Virus record (IMG/VR): IMGVR_UViG_3300044699_000054 | Coordinates: 64,001 to 120,168 of that record | Strand: one strand, 5' to 3' | Source of the DNA: a virus | Lineage: Duplodnaviria > Heunggongvirae > Uroviricota > Caudoviricetes | DNA length: 56,168 nt | Shown: piece by piece, positions 33,128 to 43,503 of the stretch | Layout of the letters: every line of letters starts with the position of its first letter | Numbering within the stretch: the first letter of the stretch is position 1 | Made by a program: the position numbers and the translations under genes | Notes under the pieces: generated by a model | The model's input: the letters and a program-made list of their open reading frames with translations, nothing else | What the model was told of the DNA's origin: nothing | Database searches by the model: none

Positions 33128-35704
33128 ATGGAGCAACAGAACATCGCAGAGCCTTGGCACCACGGCGGGTGCGCTGTCATCCCCATCCGACCGGGAGGAA
33201 GCAAGGCTCCGTTTTTTGATTGGAAGAACGGAGCCAAGAATTATCAGGAGGAGCTTCCCTCCAGTGCCGAAGTACAGCAATGGTTTGAGGTCGAATACCC
33301 ACGAGCCGGCGTCGCCGTAATTTGCGGGAAGGTATCCGGCAATTTGGAAATGCTCGAACTCGAAGGTCGAGCAGCGGATGCTGATTCTTTAAGTCGGATC
33401 ATTGCCGAGTGCGAGCTTCGTACCGTCCGCGAGTTATGGGCAAAGCTCATGACAACCGGCTACTCCGAATGGACTCCATCCGGCGGAATTCATCTCCTGT
33501 ACCGGATCTCGGATCATGAAGTACCAGGCAACAAGAAAATAGCCAGTCGCCCCGCTCGTCCGGATGAGCTGACTGAGGAAGAACTGACAATCCAGGCCCA
33601 ACGGCCGGAGTTTCGAGCCACCCGTGTGCTAGCCGAGACCAGAGGCGAGGGCGGCTACGTTGTCGTAGCGCCAACCGGCGGGCACTGTCATAAGTCTGGA
33701 GAGTCCTGGACGACCGTGGCCGGTAGGCCCGGACAGATACCGGAGATCACCTGGTCCCAGCGTATGGCTATCCACCTTGCCATCCAGGCAGCTCTGGATG
33801 AGAGCCCACCACCAGCTGAACCGGTGCCAAGGAACCTGCCGGCCGTACGGGTCACTGATGATGAGGATCTGCAACCTGGCGCTGACTTCAACCTGCGGGG
33901 ATCGTGGGAAGACTCATGGTTCACCAGCATGGGCTGGCGAGTCAGTCACCGGACCAAGGACGAGATCTTCTGGGTACGGCCTGGCAAGAATCCTGGCGAC
34001 GGGCACTCAGCTTCCACTGGCTACTCACCTGACGGTGATCGCCTGTTTGTCTGGTCGACATCAACGGACCTGCCATCCGAGGAGCCGCTGTCAAAGTTCT
34101 TTGTCTATGCGCACTACTACCACAACAATGATCATTCAGCAGCAGCGAAAGCCTTGCGACTAAAGGGCTATGGCGGGCGTCGGTCTACAGTGGTCGAGAA
34201 CGAACTGAAGGAGTTCGATCTAGATAGTGACAGCACTGAAGCAGTGCTCCTGCCGCCACAAGGCGGGCATGATCTTACTGACACTGGGTATGGCCGACGC
34301 ATGCACGACCTGTACGCGGGCAAGTTTCGCTACAACACCGTTGAAAGACGGTGGTACGAGTGGACCGGCGTCGCCTGGGAAGAGGACAAGACCTTAGAGG
34401 TACACAAGTCCTCTGAACAAGCTGCTGACATGATCCTGGCGCAAGCTACCGAAGAGCTGCGCCTGATGGATGGCCGTGGGGACGAGCTGGAGAAGGCAGC
34501 CAGACGCCAGTACCGGGACGCCAAGCTTGGCATGAACAACTCCCGACTTCAGGCAGCAGTGACCAGATTCCAGTGCCAGCCAGGGGTTGCGATCACTCCT
34601 GAATCCTTTGACCAGTGGCCGGATCTACTCAACGTTGGCAACGGAACGCTCAATCTGGTGACCAACGAGCTGCGTCCGCACGATCCCATGGACCTGCTGA
34701 CCTTGACGTTCGGTGCTGACCTGGACCCTGGCGCTACGTGCCCGTTATTCGAGCAGTTCATGGAGACGATCCTGCCAAGCGCCGAGGTCCGCGCCTATGT
34801 GCAACGGGCATTCGGCTACACCCTCCTCGGGCAACCGACGGAACGGGTCATGTTCCTGCTGCACGGTCCCAGTGGTACCGGCAAGTCGGTACTGACGTCA
34901 GTGATGACGCAACTGTTCGGCGGGTACGGGACAACGGCGCCGGCTACCACCTTCAGGTTGAAGAAGAACGAAACGTCAATTGACGTGCATCGCCTACGCA
35001 GCAAGCGTTTCGTGGCCACATCCGAGATGCCCGAGGGCGCACTCCTCGATGAGGAACTGATCAAGCGCCTGACTGGTGGCGACCACATCACGTCACGCAG
35101 CTTGTATGAGGACTATCAGGTCTGGTCCCCTAAGTGCGTCATCTGGATCGCGACCAACTTCCTGCCTCGGGTCAACGGCGATGACAACGCCATCTGGCGT
35201 CGGGCCAAGTCGATTCCAATGAGGACAGAGTTCGGTACTGACACCAACCCAGAGATCCTGGGCTACGCAAACGTGCTGATACAGGAGCGCAACGGAATCC
35301 TTAACTGGCTCCTCGATGGCCTAGCTGGCTACCGAGAACTGGGACTGGCTCAGCCGCAAGAGATCACTGATGACATCGAGTCCTACCGAGTTGATGTCGA
35401 TTCAGTGGCCTCGTTCCTACGCGACAAGATGGATGACGGTGTCATTACCCTGCAGCCGGGAGCAACGATCCGGTCGTCGGTACTCAACACCTTGTACTCG
35501 GACTACTGCGCTGAGAACCGGGTGCAGCCGATGGGTGTGCGTCGCTTTGCCAAACGGTTCCGCAGCTTGGGAGCTGGTCTAGAGCCGACAAAGATCGGTG
35601 GCCAGGCGATGTGGACCGGGCTGCGTTACGTGCCGGAGAATGCCAACGGGCACAAGGAAATAACGCCGGGGATCATTCGAGAGGCACTAACCCTAGATGT
35701 CTAA
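33128..35704 (+). CDS. Bifunctional primase-polymerase fused to a D5-like SF3 helicase
   Basis: N-terminal VIP..PGGSKAP/TPSGGIH/ETRGEGGYVV; C-terminal LHGPSGTGKS, ATSE, IWIATN, WRR. Confidence 0.9.
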   Translation: MEQQNIAEPWHHGGCAVIPIRPGGSKAPFFDWKNGAKNYQEELPSSAEVQQWFEVEYPRAGVAVICGKVSGNLEMLELEGRAADADSLSRIIAECELRTVRELWAKLMTTGYSEWTPSGGIHLLYRISDHEVPGNKKIASRPARPDELTEEELTIQAQRPEFRATRVLAETRGEGGYVVVAPTGGHCHKSGESWTTVAGRPGQIPEITWSQRMAIHLAIQAALDESPPPAEPVPRNLPAVRVTDDEDLQPGADFNLRGSWEDSWFTSMGWRVSHRTKDEIFWVRPGKNPGDGHSASTGYSPDGDRLFVWSTSTDLPSEEPLSKFFVYAHYYHNNDHSAAAKALRLKGYGGRRSTVVENELKEFDLDSDSTEAVLLPPQGGHDLTDTGYGRRMHDLYAGKFRYNTVERRWYEWTGVAWEEDKTLEVHKSSEQAADMILAQATEELRLMDGRGDELEKAARRQYRDAKLGMNNSRLQAAVTRFQCQPGVAITPESFDQWPDLLNVGNGTLNLVTNELRPHDPMDLLTLTFGADLDPGATCPLFEQFMETILPSAEVRAYVQRAFGYTLLGQPTERVMFLLHGPSGTGKSVLTSVMTQLFGGYGTTAPATTFRLKKNETSIDVHRLRSKRFVATSEMPEGALLDEELIKRLTGGDHITSRSLYEDYQVWSPKCVIWIATNFLPRVNGDDNAIWRRAKSIPMRTEFGTDTNPEILGYANVLIQERNGILNWLLDGLAGYRELGLAQPQEITDDIESYRVDVDSVASFLRDKMDDGVITLQPGATIRSSVLNTLYSDYCAENRVQPMGVRRFAKRFRSLGAGLEPTKIGGQAMWTGLRYVPENANGHKEITPGIIREALTLDV

Positions 35705-37595
35705 CCCGTCCTGGAACCACTGACCGGGACGTTCTCTGCCGTTCCTTGCGTATCGGCATCTCAGCTGGAAGCTGTTCGGGAGCACCGTATCCGGATCCCC
35801 ATGAGCTACCGACCACGGCCGCACTGCTGGCGATACGGACGCCCTGGAATGTGGACTCCATGACTTCCCCAATCTCCCGTACCACGTCCACAGCCTCACC
35901 GACAGGTGCCTGACCGATCAGCTCGTCGTGCACCGGGAGAAACAGATACTTGTCGAATCCAGCCTCAAAGAGATTGAGAATGGCCTTGGCCAACAGATCT
36001 CGTGAAGTGGACTGCACTACATAGTTGGTGGCTGCGTACAGCCGGTCTTCGTCTAGTGGAAGCCGGCGTCCGATCGGTGTCACCACTTCCCTGGCACCAC
36101 GCTGCGCTCGCTGGATCAGGGAGAAGGAGTAGCGCCTGATACCGGGGAAAACTTGATCGTAGGCTTGCAGCGCATGCCGGACGCTTTCCACGTCGGCTCC
36201 GGTCTGCCGAGAAATGCCGTCTGCTCCACCGCCGTACACCTTGCCAAAGCCGATGGACTTGGCGATCTTGCGGTCTTTGCTGGTGAAGTCCGGACCGAAG
36301 ACCCGCTCAGCAGTGAACGAATGCAGGTCTAGTCCCTGACGAATGGCGTTCTGCATGGTGAGGTCACCGGACACCGCCGCCAGCACCCGCATTTCCACAG
36401 CCATGTAGTCGGCCGCGATCATGACGTGCCCCGGATCAGGGATGAACGCCCTGCGAATCCGCCAGTCACTGCTGGGCAGCTGCTGCAACGGTGGTCTGGA
36501 CACGCTCATTCGTGCGGTACGGGCCTGCAGGCTGTTGATGGTGGGATGCAGCCGGTCCGAAGGATCACGGTGGTCCAGGAAGGCCTGGGCGTACGTCTTC
36601 GCCCACTTGCCAGCTCGCTTGGCCCGGATCACGGCATCAGCTACTGGGTTGGGTTCTCGGGCACCGATGCGCTTCCAGTCCCGATCCAGATCGGCGAGCT
36701 GAAGCAGGACGGAGCGATCAACCTTCAGCTGGCCGCTGGGTGTGCGCTCGGTCAACGTCTCACCCATATCGATCAGCCGATTACCTACCTGCGCCGGACT
36801 GTCGACGTTATCCACACCGAGATCAGCTGCCAGGTCGCAGTACTCAACGTTCTCGTTGTGCAGCTCGATCAGGAGCCGTTGCACGTACGGGATGTCCAGA
36901 GGCATGCCCTTGCGCTGTAGCAAGGTGAGCAGGTACTGCAACTTGTGCTCGAACTTGCTCAGCTCAGCGGACTCTGACAGCACGCCTTGCAGGACCTGTA
37001 GCAGTCGATGGACCAGGATTGCATCGAGGCCGGCGTACAGAACATAGGCGTGGTGATCGATTGCGATCCGGCTCCAGCCGGAGACCTTCTTCCAGCCCAG
37101 AGAGTTGAATACCGCTGTCAGATCGTTCTGAGTATCGGGTGCGTCCGGGTCCACGTGCACCGCGCACAAGGTCTTGAGATCGAGACCGATGCCACCTTCA
37201 TCCTTGCCGCGTGGATCAACGATGTGCGCCAGGATCTTGGTGTCCCAGATCTTCGGCATCAGTTGCTCGACTGGCACTCCCAGGTGCCGATCAATTACAA
37301 GAGCGTCGTAGGGGGCGTTGTGAGCAACGAAGTTTCGTGGCTGCTCCAGAGCCTTGATAGCGGCGCCACGGAACCGGTCGATACGCAGGACCCAAGCATC
37401 AGTGGCGTTCCCGACCTGTAGAAGCCGTAGCTCATGACCAGCTGTGAAGACATCGAGCCCGCTGGTCTCTGTATCCAGACCAAGGTATTGGTCTCCTTGC
37501 GCCAGGAAGCGGTCGAATCCATCCAGGTCCTCCTCAGCCTCCGGGAAATGGACCCGGACTTCCTCCCCAGCGACCTGGTGTCTGATCACTCGCAC
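35673..37595 (-). CDS. polA: DNA polymerase, family A, with 3'-5' exonuclease
   Basis: GLDTET, HNAPYD, YAGLD; ADYMAVEMR, RKIAKSIGFGKVYG, PVHDE. Confidence 0.95.
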   Translation of the reverse strand: MRVIRHQVAGEEVRVHFPEAEEDLDGFDRFLAQGDQYLGLDTETSGLDVFTAGHELRLLQVGNATDAWVLRIDRFRGAAIKALEQPRNFVAHNAPYDALVIDRHLGVPVEQLMPKIWDTKILAHIVDPRGKDEGGIGLDLKTLCAVHVDPDAPDTQNDLTAVFNSLGWKKVSGWSRIAIDHHAYVLYAGLDAILVHRLLQVLQGVLSESAELSKFEHKLQYLLTLLQRKGMPLDIPYVQRLLIELHNENVEYCDLAADLGVDNVDSPAQVGNRLIDMGETLTERTPSGQLKVDRSVLLQLADLDRDWKRIGAREPNPVADAVIRAKRAGKWAKTYAQAFLDHRDPSDRLHPTINSLQARTARMSVSRPPLQQLPSSDWRIRRAFIPDPGHVMIAADYMAVEMRVLAAVSGDLTMQNAIRQGLDLHSFTAERVFGPDFTSKDRKIAKSIGFGKVYGGGADGISRQTGADVESVRHALQAYDQVFPGIRRYSFSLIQRAQRGAREVVTPIGRRLPLDEDRLYAATNYVVQSTSRDLLAKAILNLFEAGFDKYLFLPVHDELIGQAPVGEAVDVVREIGEVMESTFQGVRIASSAAVVGSSWGSGYGAPEQLPAEMPIRKERQRTSRSVVPGRVRHLGLVPLE

Positions 37596-37621
37596 TGGAC
37601 CACCATGCCATACTGATACCG

Positions 37622-37828
37622 ATGGCTAGCTTCACGTGCAACCACTGTGTCCGTACGACACACGAGCCGATTGATGTGCTGAGCCGCTACTGCGGCTGGT
37701 GCCGGCATCATTGCGACGATCATGAATTCTGGTTCAGCGAGGAAGATCGCATAGCCATCAAGTTCGCTACGTCCAGGTTCCGGCGTGTGGTTACGGTCCG
37801 GGTGCCGGCTCTGGAGGCCGACGACTAG
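37622..37828 (+). CDS. Small Cys-rich protein
   Basis: CNHC...YCGWCRHHC. Confidence 0.5.
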   Translation: MASFTCNHCVRTTHEPIDVLSRYCGWCRHHCDDHEFWFSEEDRIAIKFATSRFRRVVTVRVPALEADD

Positions 37829-38273
37829 CTACCTCTGACAGTCCAGCCCGTTGGCCTAGTCGGCATATAGGGAGTGGCACGCAGCGCCCGTCGCGTAGCA
37901 CATGGGAACGCCTGACCACACTTCTCACAAAACAGACCTACGAACTTGCCACCGACATTCCACACCTCATCTGGAACATGGTGGCGGTTTGCCATTTCCC
38001 AGATCTCTGGATCGGTCAAATCAAGAGCCGCTGGCAACGGTTCCGATGGTGCCGGCGGACGCGGCGGTGTTACCGCACTGGGCACTATCTGCTGAACTTC
38101 TCGCTCAAGGTTAGACGGCACTTTGAAATTCACACCCTCCGGGAGGATCAACCAACCACGGCGACCAGTATCTATACTCGTATATTTCCGTAGCAACGTC
38201 AGAGCTGCCTCAAATTCCTTGACAGTGTCCCCGTCCCGCAGTGTGATGATCAATGGCATGTTAAGAGGGGATG
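37825..38273 (-). CDS. Hypothetical protein with C-terminal CxxC..C
   Basis: 3' part of ORF 37825-38433; start uncertain. Confidence 0.5.
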
Positions 38274-38578
38274 CCATGCTTTCCGTGCTCGCGAGGCCAT
38301 TCCCCAGTAGCTCGCTTGTGGAGGTTTGCACAGAGTCCTTCGGGGTTTCGGGGGAAGTACTTTCGTAGGTGCCGGACGCATCGACGGAAGGATCCGTCAG
38401 TGAACCATCTGATCTTGAGTGCGCCTCTGCCATGGGTCCAGTACTCCATCAACCGTTCCGTGGCAACCGGGTTGGTAAGGTGGCCAGGACCGTAGGCGAA
38501 CTCGGCGTCCGGGCAATCCGTACAAGGAGTGGTGGCACCTTGGCGCCGCGCCAGTTCGGTTGAGATTCGTCCAGCCAT
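38261..38578 (-). CDS. Hypothetical protein (ERL..YWT.G.GA.KIRW...CANLH..ATG.WP module)
   Basis: Motif recalled from actinophage head-associated proteins. Confidence 0.55.
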   Translation of the reverse strand: MAGRISTELARRQGATTPCTDCPDAEFAYGPGHLTNPVATERLMEYWTHGRGALKIRWFTDGSFRRCVRHLRKYFPRNPEGLCANLHKRATGEWPREHGKHGIPS

Positions 38579-38776
38579 GCCCTGAATGATAGGTCTTCTG
38601 TTCTCAGGGTCATAGAGGCTCGCCTCGTGCCAGTTTCAATCGAGCTGTATGTGAGTACGCCTGAAAATGAGCGGCTTCTCCGAGTAGGGAGTACTTGCAT
38701 TTGTGACTGGGTTTGGCATGGCAAATTGGGCACTCCACAGTGCGAGCCAATTCCTCAATGACCACTTCTTGAGCGA

Positions 38777-39037
38777 TCATCCTTCGCTCTCAATTTCAAA
38801 TTGACGAGGTCCTTCCAACCGGGGCATGTCCACTGGTGCCGCCTTGGCGCCCTCGTGCCAGGTGCTGGTACCACCGCTGATCCGGAACTCGGTCTTGACG
38901 TGTGGACCAGGCATATACCAGTTACGAGACATCTCTTGGCTGACGTGGATAGTCAACGGCTCACTCATCTCCCAGGCGACCACTCGACCGTCAGCTGTCT
39001 TCATGACGATGCCAACCCAGACCGGACGATCATTCAT
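38777..39037 (-). CDS. Hypothetical protein
   Basis: Coupled ORF. Confidence 0.55.
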   Translation of the reverse strand: MNDRPVWVGIVMKTADGRVVAWEMSEPLTIHVSQEMSRNWYMPGPHVKTEFRISGGTSTWHEGAKAAPVDMPRLEGPRQFEIESEG

Positions 39038-39426
39038 TCGATCTCCAGGTTCTTCAGTATTTCAAAGTCCTTGTCGTGCGCTCTTGCAGCAGCAAACATT
39101 GTCCCGTTCGCTGCAGCACTGATCATCTCCTCCATGTTGTTGTTGTACTTGGCTAGTAATTCCTGGCACAGCAGCTCACACAGGAACGCGGTGACGTACA
39201 TGCCTTGCTCTTGTGTCAGATGGCTAAACGCCGATTGGAACTTGATGTTGTGTCCTAGCGCTGCCAAATGCTGCCCGTTATCCAGCGCCCAGTTAAAGCT
39301 GAAGTAATGAGTGAACAGTTGGGCTGCACTACGCCTAGCTTCTGACGTAGCTTGGTCGCCTCTGGCGATGTCTGCTGGATCTAGTTCGAACTTACTGAGC
39401 CAGTCCGGCAGCTCATCCTCTGTCAT
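39034..39426 (-). CDS. Hypothetical protein
   Basis: Coupled ORF. Confidence 0.55.
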   Translation of the reverse strand: MTEDELPDWLSKFELDPADIARGDQATSEARRSAAQLFTHYFSFNWALDNGQHLAALGHNIKFQSAFSHLTQEQGMYVTAFLCELLCQELLAKYNNNMEEMISAAANGTMFAAARAHDKDFEILKNLEIE

Positions 39427-39635
39427 CAGGATCCTTGTCCCTTGATTTCAGCTTCAACTCGTTCAAGTGAGTACCGAAGAATTGCCGCTAAGATGTCCAG
39501 CTCTGGGCGAGGCGGGAGTGCCTTATCCGCCGGCAGCAAACTCGGTATCCCGATATTCAGCTCCATAATTCGATTGCCACAGAACCACACTAGACGTGGG
39601 TGACCATCCGAGACATTGACTGTCCATTCCGCCAT
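39426..39635 (-). CDS. Hypothetical protein
   Basis: Coupled ORF. Confidence 0.5.
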   Translation of the reverse strand: MAEWTVNVSDGHPRLVWFCGNRIMELNIGIPSLLPADKALPPRPELDILAAILRYSLERVEAEIKGQGS

Positions 39636-40037
39636 TTACATGCCCTCCCCATTGATAACGCCAGCAAGCGATTGCCACTTCCAGTCACCCGGTAGCAGAA
39701 CCTCGAAGTTTTTTACATCAACAACGACACATCCCGATTCCTTATAGTGCCCTTGCAAAACCTTCACTGCGTCCTCTGCATTGATCACCGGGATATCGGG
39801 TTCATCGCCCTCATAGGTGAACAGTGACCAGCCACAGTGCAGGCATCGAACATCCCAGCTCGGTGGTACGGGTTCCGGTCCCCGGCCGCTGCACACGGGG
39901 CAGGCCACATCCTCTAACTGCTTGCCAGTCTGCGATGTACCACTAAAAATTCGCCAGCCAATAGACCGGGCGCCAGCCTCAGTGAGGCGGCTCATCCGGG
40001 GACAGTGCTTGCACTTGATGACTGGCTGCGGGGGCAT
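39636..40037 (-). CDS. Zinc-ribbon protein (three CxxC)
   Basis: CKHC, CPVC, CLHC. Confidence 0.55.
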   Translation of the reverse strand: MPPQPVIKCKHCPRMSRLTEAGARSIGWRIFSGTSQTGKQLEDVACPVCSGRGPEPVPPSWDVRCLHCGWSLFTYEGDEPDIPVINAEDAVKVLQGHYKESGCVVVDVKNFEVLLPGDWKWQSLAGVINGEGM

Positions 40038-40137
40038 GAATGAAGTGTGCCACACCCGTATATAGGGGTCAAGGATGAGGGATCCTCCGCATCGGGATCG
40101 GGTCAGGAACGAAGGACCCCTCATCCAGCCTATGGCC

Positions 40138-40914
40138 TCAGCACCAGTTAAAGCCGACGCCTCTAGCCGCCATGAACGTCGCCGGATTAACGCGACCGTT
40201 CCAGAGCCCCGCAGTATGCACCTCGAAGTGCAGGTGCGGACCTTGGGCATTTCCAGTAGCACCTACGTACCCGATGATCTGGCCAGCGTTGACATGCCCC
40301 GAGGTCACGGCAAACCGGGACTGGTGCATGTACACGGTTGCCAATCCACCGCCGTGCTGGATCATGCTGTAGTTACCGGCTCCACTTGACTGGTACCCAA
40401 CGGTCAAGGTCCCTGATGCAGCGGCACGGATTGCAACGCCGTACGCAGCTGCCAGGTCCACGCCGTTGTGCATCCGGCCCCATCTCATGCCGAAGCCAGA
40501 GATGATGCAGGCGTTTACCGGTCGTACCCAGCCGCTAGCGGCGACTGCGGGCTGCTGTGGGGCTGGTACCGACGTACCGCCGACACAGCTGACAAATACC
40601 TGCTGACCCAATAGCACGAGGTAAACAGGTGGTCGGATATTATTTGCTGCAGCAACATTCTGCCAGTTGTTAGCGTTGCCGCAGACGCGGGTAGTAATCC
40701 GAATGACACCTTCGCCAGCACGGGCGGTGGTGGTCATAGTAGGAGCCAGGTCCTGTGCAGTCGCAGTGGTAACACGGGTTGGGTAATCACTGGATTCAAT
40801 TGCTTGAGCAATTAAATCTGACTGTGCAGGCCTGGCGTATGCATTACTGGGGGCTAAGGCCACTGCCATGAGCCCAACTACGGCGGCAGTAGCAATCCGA
40901 CGGGTAATTGACAT
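40138..40914 (-). CDS. Secreted M23 peptidoglycan endopeptidase with a LysM-like domain
   Basis: Signal peptide MSITRRIATAAVVGLMAVALAPSNAYA; HNGVD, YMHQ, GPHLHFEV. Confidence 0.9.
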   Translation of the reverse strand: MSITRRIATAAVVGLMAVALAPSNAYARPAQSDLIAQAIESSDYPTRVTTATAQDLAPTMTTTARAGEGVIRITTRVCGNANNWQNVAAANNIRPPVYLVLLGQQVFVSCVGGTSVPAPQQPAVAASGWVRPVNACIISGFGMRWGRMHNGVDLAAAYGVAIRAAASGTLTVGYQSSGAGNYSMIQHGGGLATVYMHQSRFAVTSGHVNAGQIIGYVGATGNAQGPHLHFEVHTAGLWNGRVNPATFMAARGVGFNWC

Positions 40915-41063
40915 AGCAAATAAACCTTTCGGGAGCTGCCACGTATGACAGCACAACGGAATGGGTCACGTGGTCAATAGGCCTCACCTCCCTTTTCATT
41001 CGTTGATTGTCAGTCGTGGTAGTCCACAACAACAGCGGTAAAGTCCACAAATTTGCCCAGCAC

Positions 41064-41577
41064 CCAGGAATCGATTAACTTTTATTGCTCAAGCAATTAA
41101 ACCCGGTTGCGCAGATCCTTCGCGGTATTCTTGAACAGGTCAACGACATGTTCTCTGGTACGGCCGGCGGAATCATTCCAGTTTTCAGTAACACAGTCAC
41201 CGGGAAGGAGGTTGGAAACCTGATGATGGACAACTAGGTAGTCAGAAACCGCGTCGCGAGCGGCGTTCAACCGGTCTCTTTCTGGTCCAATACGGTAGAG
41301 GTGTTCCTGCACCCCACGAATAAATGTGCTAACCATGTAGTCCAGGCCTGCAATTACAACCCCAAGCGCACCAACGGCACACACAGAAGTTAATTGGGGC
41401 TTGTTATCCGCATCGAATTCAAGAGTGCTAAGTGAACCCTGGCACCATTGAATCTTTTCGGTCTCCAGAAGCTCAGCCGCCGCTTCTAAGTCATCCGCAA
41501 TCTGTGTGTCGGGTACCAATTTCATTTCTGCCCACCCATCCCAGGAATTGATTAACTTTTATTGCCCAAGCAATTAA
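41064..41577. repeat. 37-bp direct repeat (41064-41100 and 41541-41577) at the 3' ends of tandem paralogs
   Basis: CCAGGAAT[C/T]GATTAACTTTTATTGC[T/C]CAAGCAATTAA. Confidence 0.85.
41097..41525 (-). CDS. DUF6197-like protein, paralog 1
   Basis: L.AAAELL...WCQG...CAVGA...WND..GRTRE.V. Confidence 0.7.
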   Translation of the reverse strand: MKLVPDTQIADDLEAAAELLETEKIQWCQGSLSTLEFDADNKPQLTSVCAVGALGVVIAGLDYMVSTFIRGVQEHLYRIGPERDRLNAARDAVSDYLVVHHQVSNLLPGDCVTENWNDSAGRTREHVVDLFKNTAKDLRNRV

Positions 41578-41987
41578 CTGTGATTACGCAAGTCCTTGGC
41601 TACAGACTTGAACAGGTCAACGATATGTTCTCTGGTACGCCCAGGGATGTCGTTCCATGCTTCAGCAACAGAGTCGTCATCATATTGCACCCCGCGCTTA
41701 GTAATTAGATAATCGCAAACCGCCTGTCGAACATCATGAAACCGTTCAGTTCCAGGTTTCTTTAGATAAATGCTGTCGCAATCATCTTCGAGTTCTGTCA
41801 GAAGTTGATCCAGCCCCCGAGTCACAACTGCGATTGCTCCAACGGCACATACAGAAGTTAACTGGAGCTGGTGGTTATCACCGTATACATAGTCCCCAAG
41901 CTGGTCCTGACACCACTGAACGGTCTCAGTCTCCAGCAGCTCAGCCGCTGCTTCCAGGTCATCAGCTATCTGTGTGCTGGTTGTCAT
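41574..41987 (-). CDS. DUF6197-like protein, paralog 2
   Basis: Near-identical N- and C-termini to paralog 1. Confidence 0.7.
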   Translation of the reverse strand: MTTSTQIADDLEAAAELLETETVQWCQDQLGDYVYGDNHQLQLTSVCAVGAIAVVTRGLDQLLTELEDDCDSIYLKKPGTERFHDVRQAVCDYLITKRGVQYDDDSVAEAWNDIPGRTREHIVDLFKSVAKDLRNHS

Positions 41988-42340
41988 CTCTGTGGGTCCA
42001 TTTCATCGGCAAACTTGCGCATTACCTGGAGAACTTCATCCTTAGTACGGCCAGATGTATCGTTCCAGGCTGGGACTGAGCCGAACGTAGTGAAACCGGC
42101 TGCCTCCAGCCAGTTGCCAAACGTTATAAGGGTGTCGTTTACCAGTCTCGGACGGCGATCACCCTGCGCAGCATGGGTGCTGTCACCCGTTGCTGTGAAG
42201 TGGATCGAAGTAACCGCGCACATCCCCTTGTCCGCGTCACCGAACTCACCCTGGACCCATGTCCGGTCCTGCAGCACATCAGCCGCCTTGCGAACGAGCC
42301 GACCGGCGTTCTCTTCTACGCTTGGCTTACGTCGTGGCAC
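41984..42340 (-). CDS. DUF6197-like protein, paralog 3
   Basis: WVQG...CAV.SI...WND.SGRTKDEV. Confidence 0.7.
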   Translation of the reverse strand: MPRRKPSVEENAGRLVRKAADVLQDRTWVQGEFGDADKGMCAVTSIHFTATGDSTHAAQGDRRPRLVNDTLITFGNWLEAAGFTTFGSVPAWNDTSGRTKDEVLQVMRKFADEMDPQR

Positions 42341-42550
42341 TGTTCTCGAACTCCCTCCACAATGGACTTTTAGGAGATCCAGCGGGGCGATGCTCCCGTA
42401 GGAGCACAGACCATGTCCACTGCCCGTGAAGCAACATGCTGCCTCTCCACCCCAACTGGATCATAATCTTCGGTCAGGGGATACCAGGGTTTACGCGCGC
42501 TTCCCCCAGCTCCAGGGCGCCTGCCGACGTGAGCACCCTAGGACTTGAAC

Positions 42551-43015
42551 CTAGTCACCTTCCTGTTGTGCTCGCTCTGCAATAACCTCACGCCACGCAT
42601 CGGTAAGTCCTTTGTAGACTCTATCCAGCGCAGCGTTTACTTCGAACTGCTCCCATGGAGTGAGCCGGTGATACTCCCGTATGCCTGAAACAGCAGGTGC
42701 CACAGTCTGCAGAGTGACGTAGAAGCCATGTTCACTGGCCCAATTCCTGTGCGCCTCGTAATCACCACCGAGCTTGACAGTCGAAGCAATTTGATCCAAT
42801 GTTTCCTCGAAATCCAAGACACCGCCAAGCTGACCCAGCACGCATAAGCAATGCGAGGAGAGGTCGAGTGTCTTGGAGTCAATGCGGGTCACATCCAAGC
42901 CACACTGGGGACCCGACTCCAAGAGCCAGGCGTAGCCCTTTTCAGCCGCTGCCTTCAGCTCAGCATGGTCAATTGCATCGGTGATTTCGACTTTGGTGAT
43001 TCCATTTACCATCAT
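42551..43015 (-). CDS. Hypothetical protein (CVLGQ..HGF..LT.AW family)
   Basis: Paralogous to 51749-52087 and 52238-52603. Confidence 0.65.
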   Translation of the reverse strand: MMVNGITKVEITDAIDHAELKAAAEKGYAWLLESGPQCGLDVTRIDSKTLDLSSHCLCVLGQLGGVLDFEETLDQIASTVKLGGDYEAHRNWASEHGFYVTLQTVAPAVSGIREYHRLTPWEQFEVNAALDRVYKGLTDAWREVIAERAQQEGD

Positions 43016-43395
43016 GCGCTCTCTCCTGCCCGATTACGAAGTTCCTTGGCGCGATTCTTTAGTAGCTCGATCATTTCCTCCTTCGTCTGACCGGGCCGGT
43101 CATTAATGTGATGGAGTCTTTGTTTTAATTCAATGCCGCCGAACACTTCATGTCCTATGGCGTAAATGTTTCCCCTAACAGACTCATCATGATACATTAA
43201 AACGCGATCAGGAATTCCGAGTTCATGATTGATCGCACCAATCGCACAGTAACTACGCGCATCTAAAGTAATCAATGTGCTTTTAGCCCATCCATAACGC
43301 CCTGACTCATAGCCATCAGCTACGCGTTCCAGGACCTCAGCACGCTGGGCATCGGTACTAGGAATCAACATCGGCAACATCAGTCCTCTCTCCAA
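43012..43395 (-). CDS. DUF6197-like protein, paralog 4
   Basis: YCAIGAI...IND.PGQTKEEM. Confidence 0.65.
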   Translation of the reverse strand: MERGLMLPMLIPSTDAQRAEVLERVADGYESGRYGWAKSTLITLDARSYCAIGAINHELGIPDRVLMYHDESVRGNIYAIGHEVFGGIELKQRLHHINDRPGQTKEEMIELLKNRAKELRNRAGESA

Positions 43396-43503
43396 GATCG
43401 TTAGCTTCTAAGCGGGCGGAAAGAACGCCATTACCAGTGCACCGATAGAAGCAACCACAAGCCCCGGCCAGTAGCACCACCGCTATGAACCAGATGACTG
43501 TCA

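Noticed and set aside
40915-41060. c-di-AMP (ydaO) riboswitch upstream of the M23 gene, as often seen in actinobacteria
   Set aside because: The conserved ydaO sequence blocks could not be found on the minus strand.
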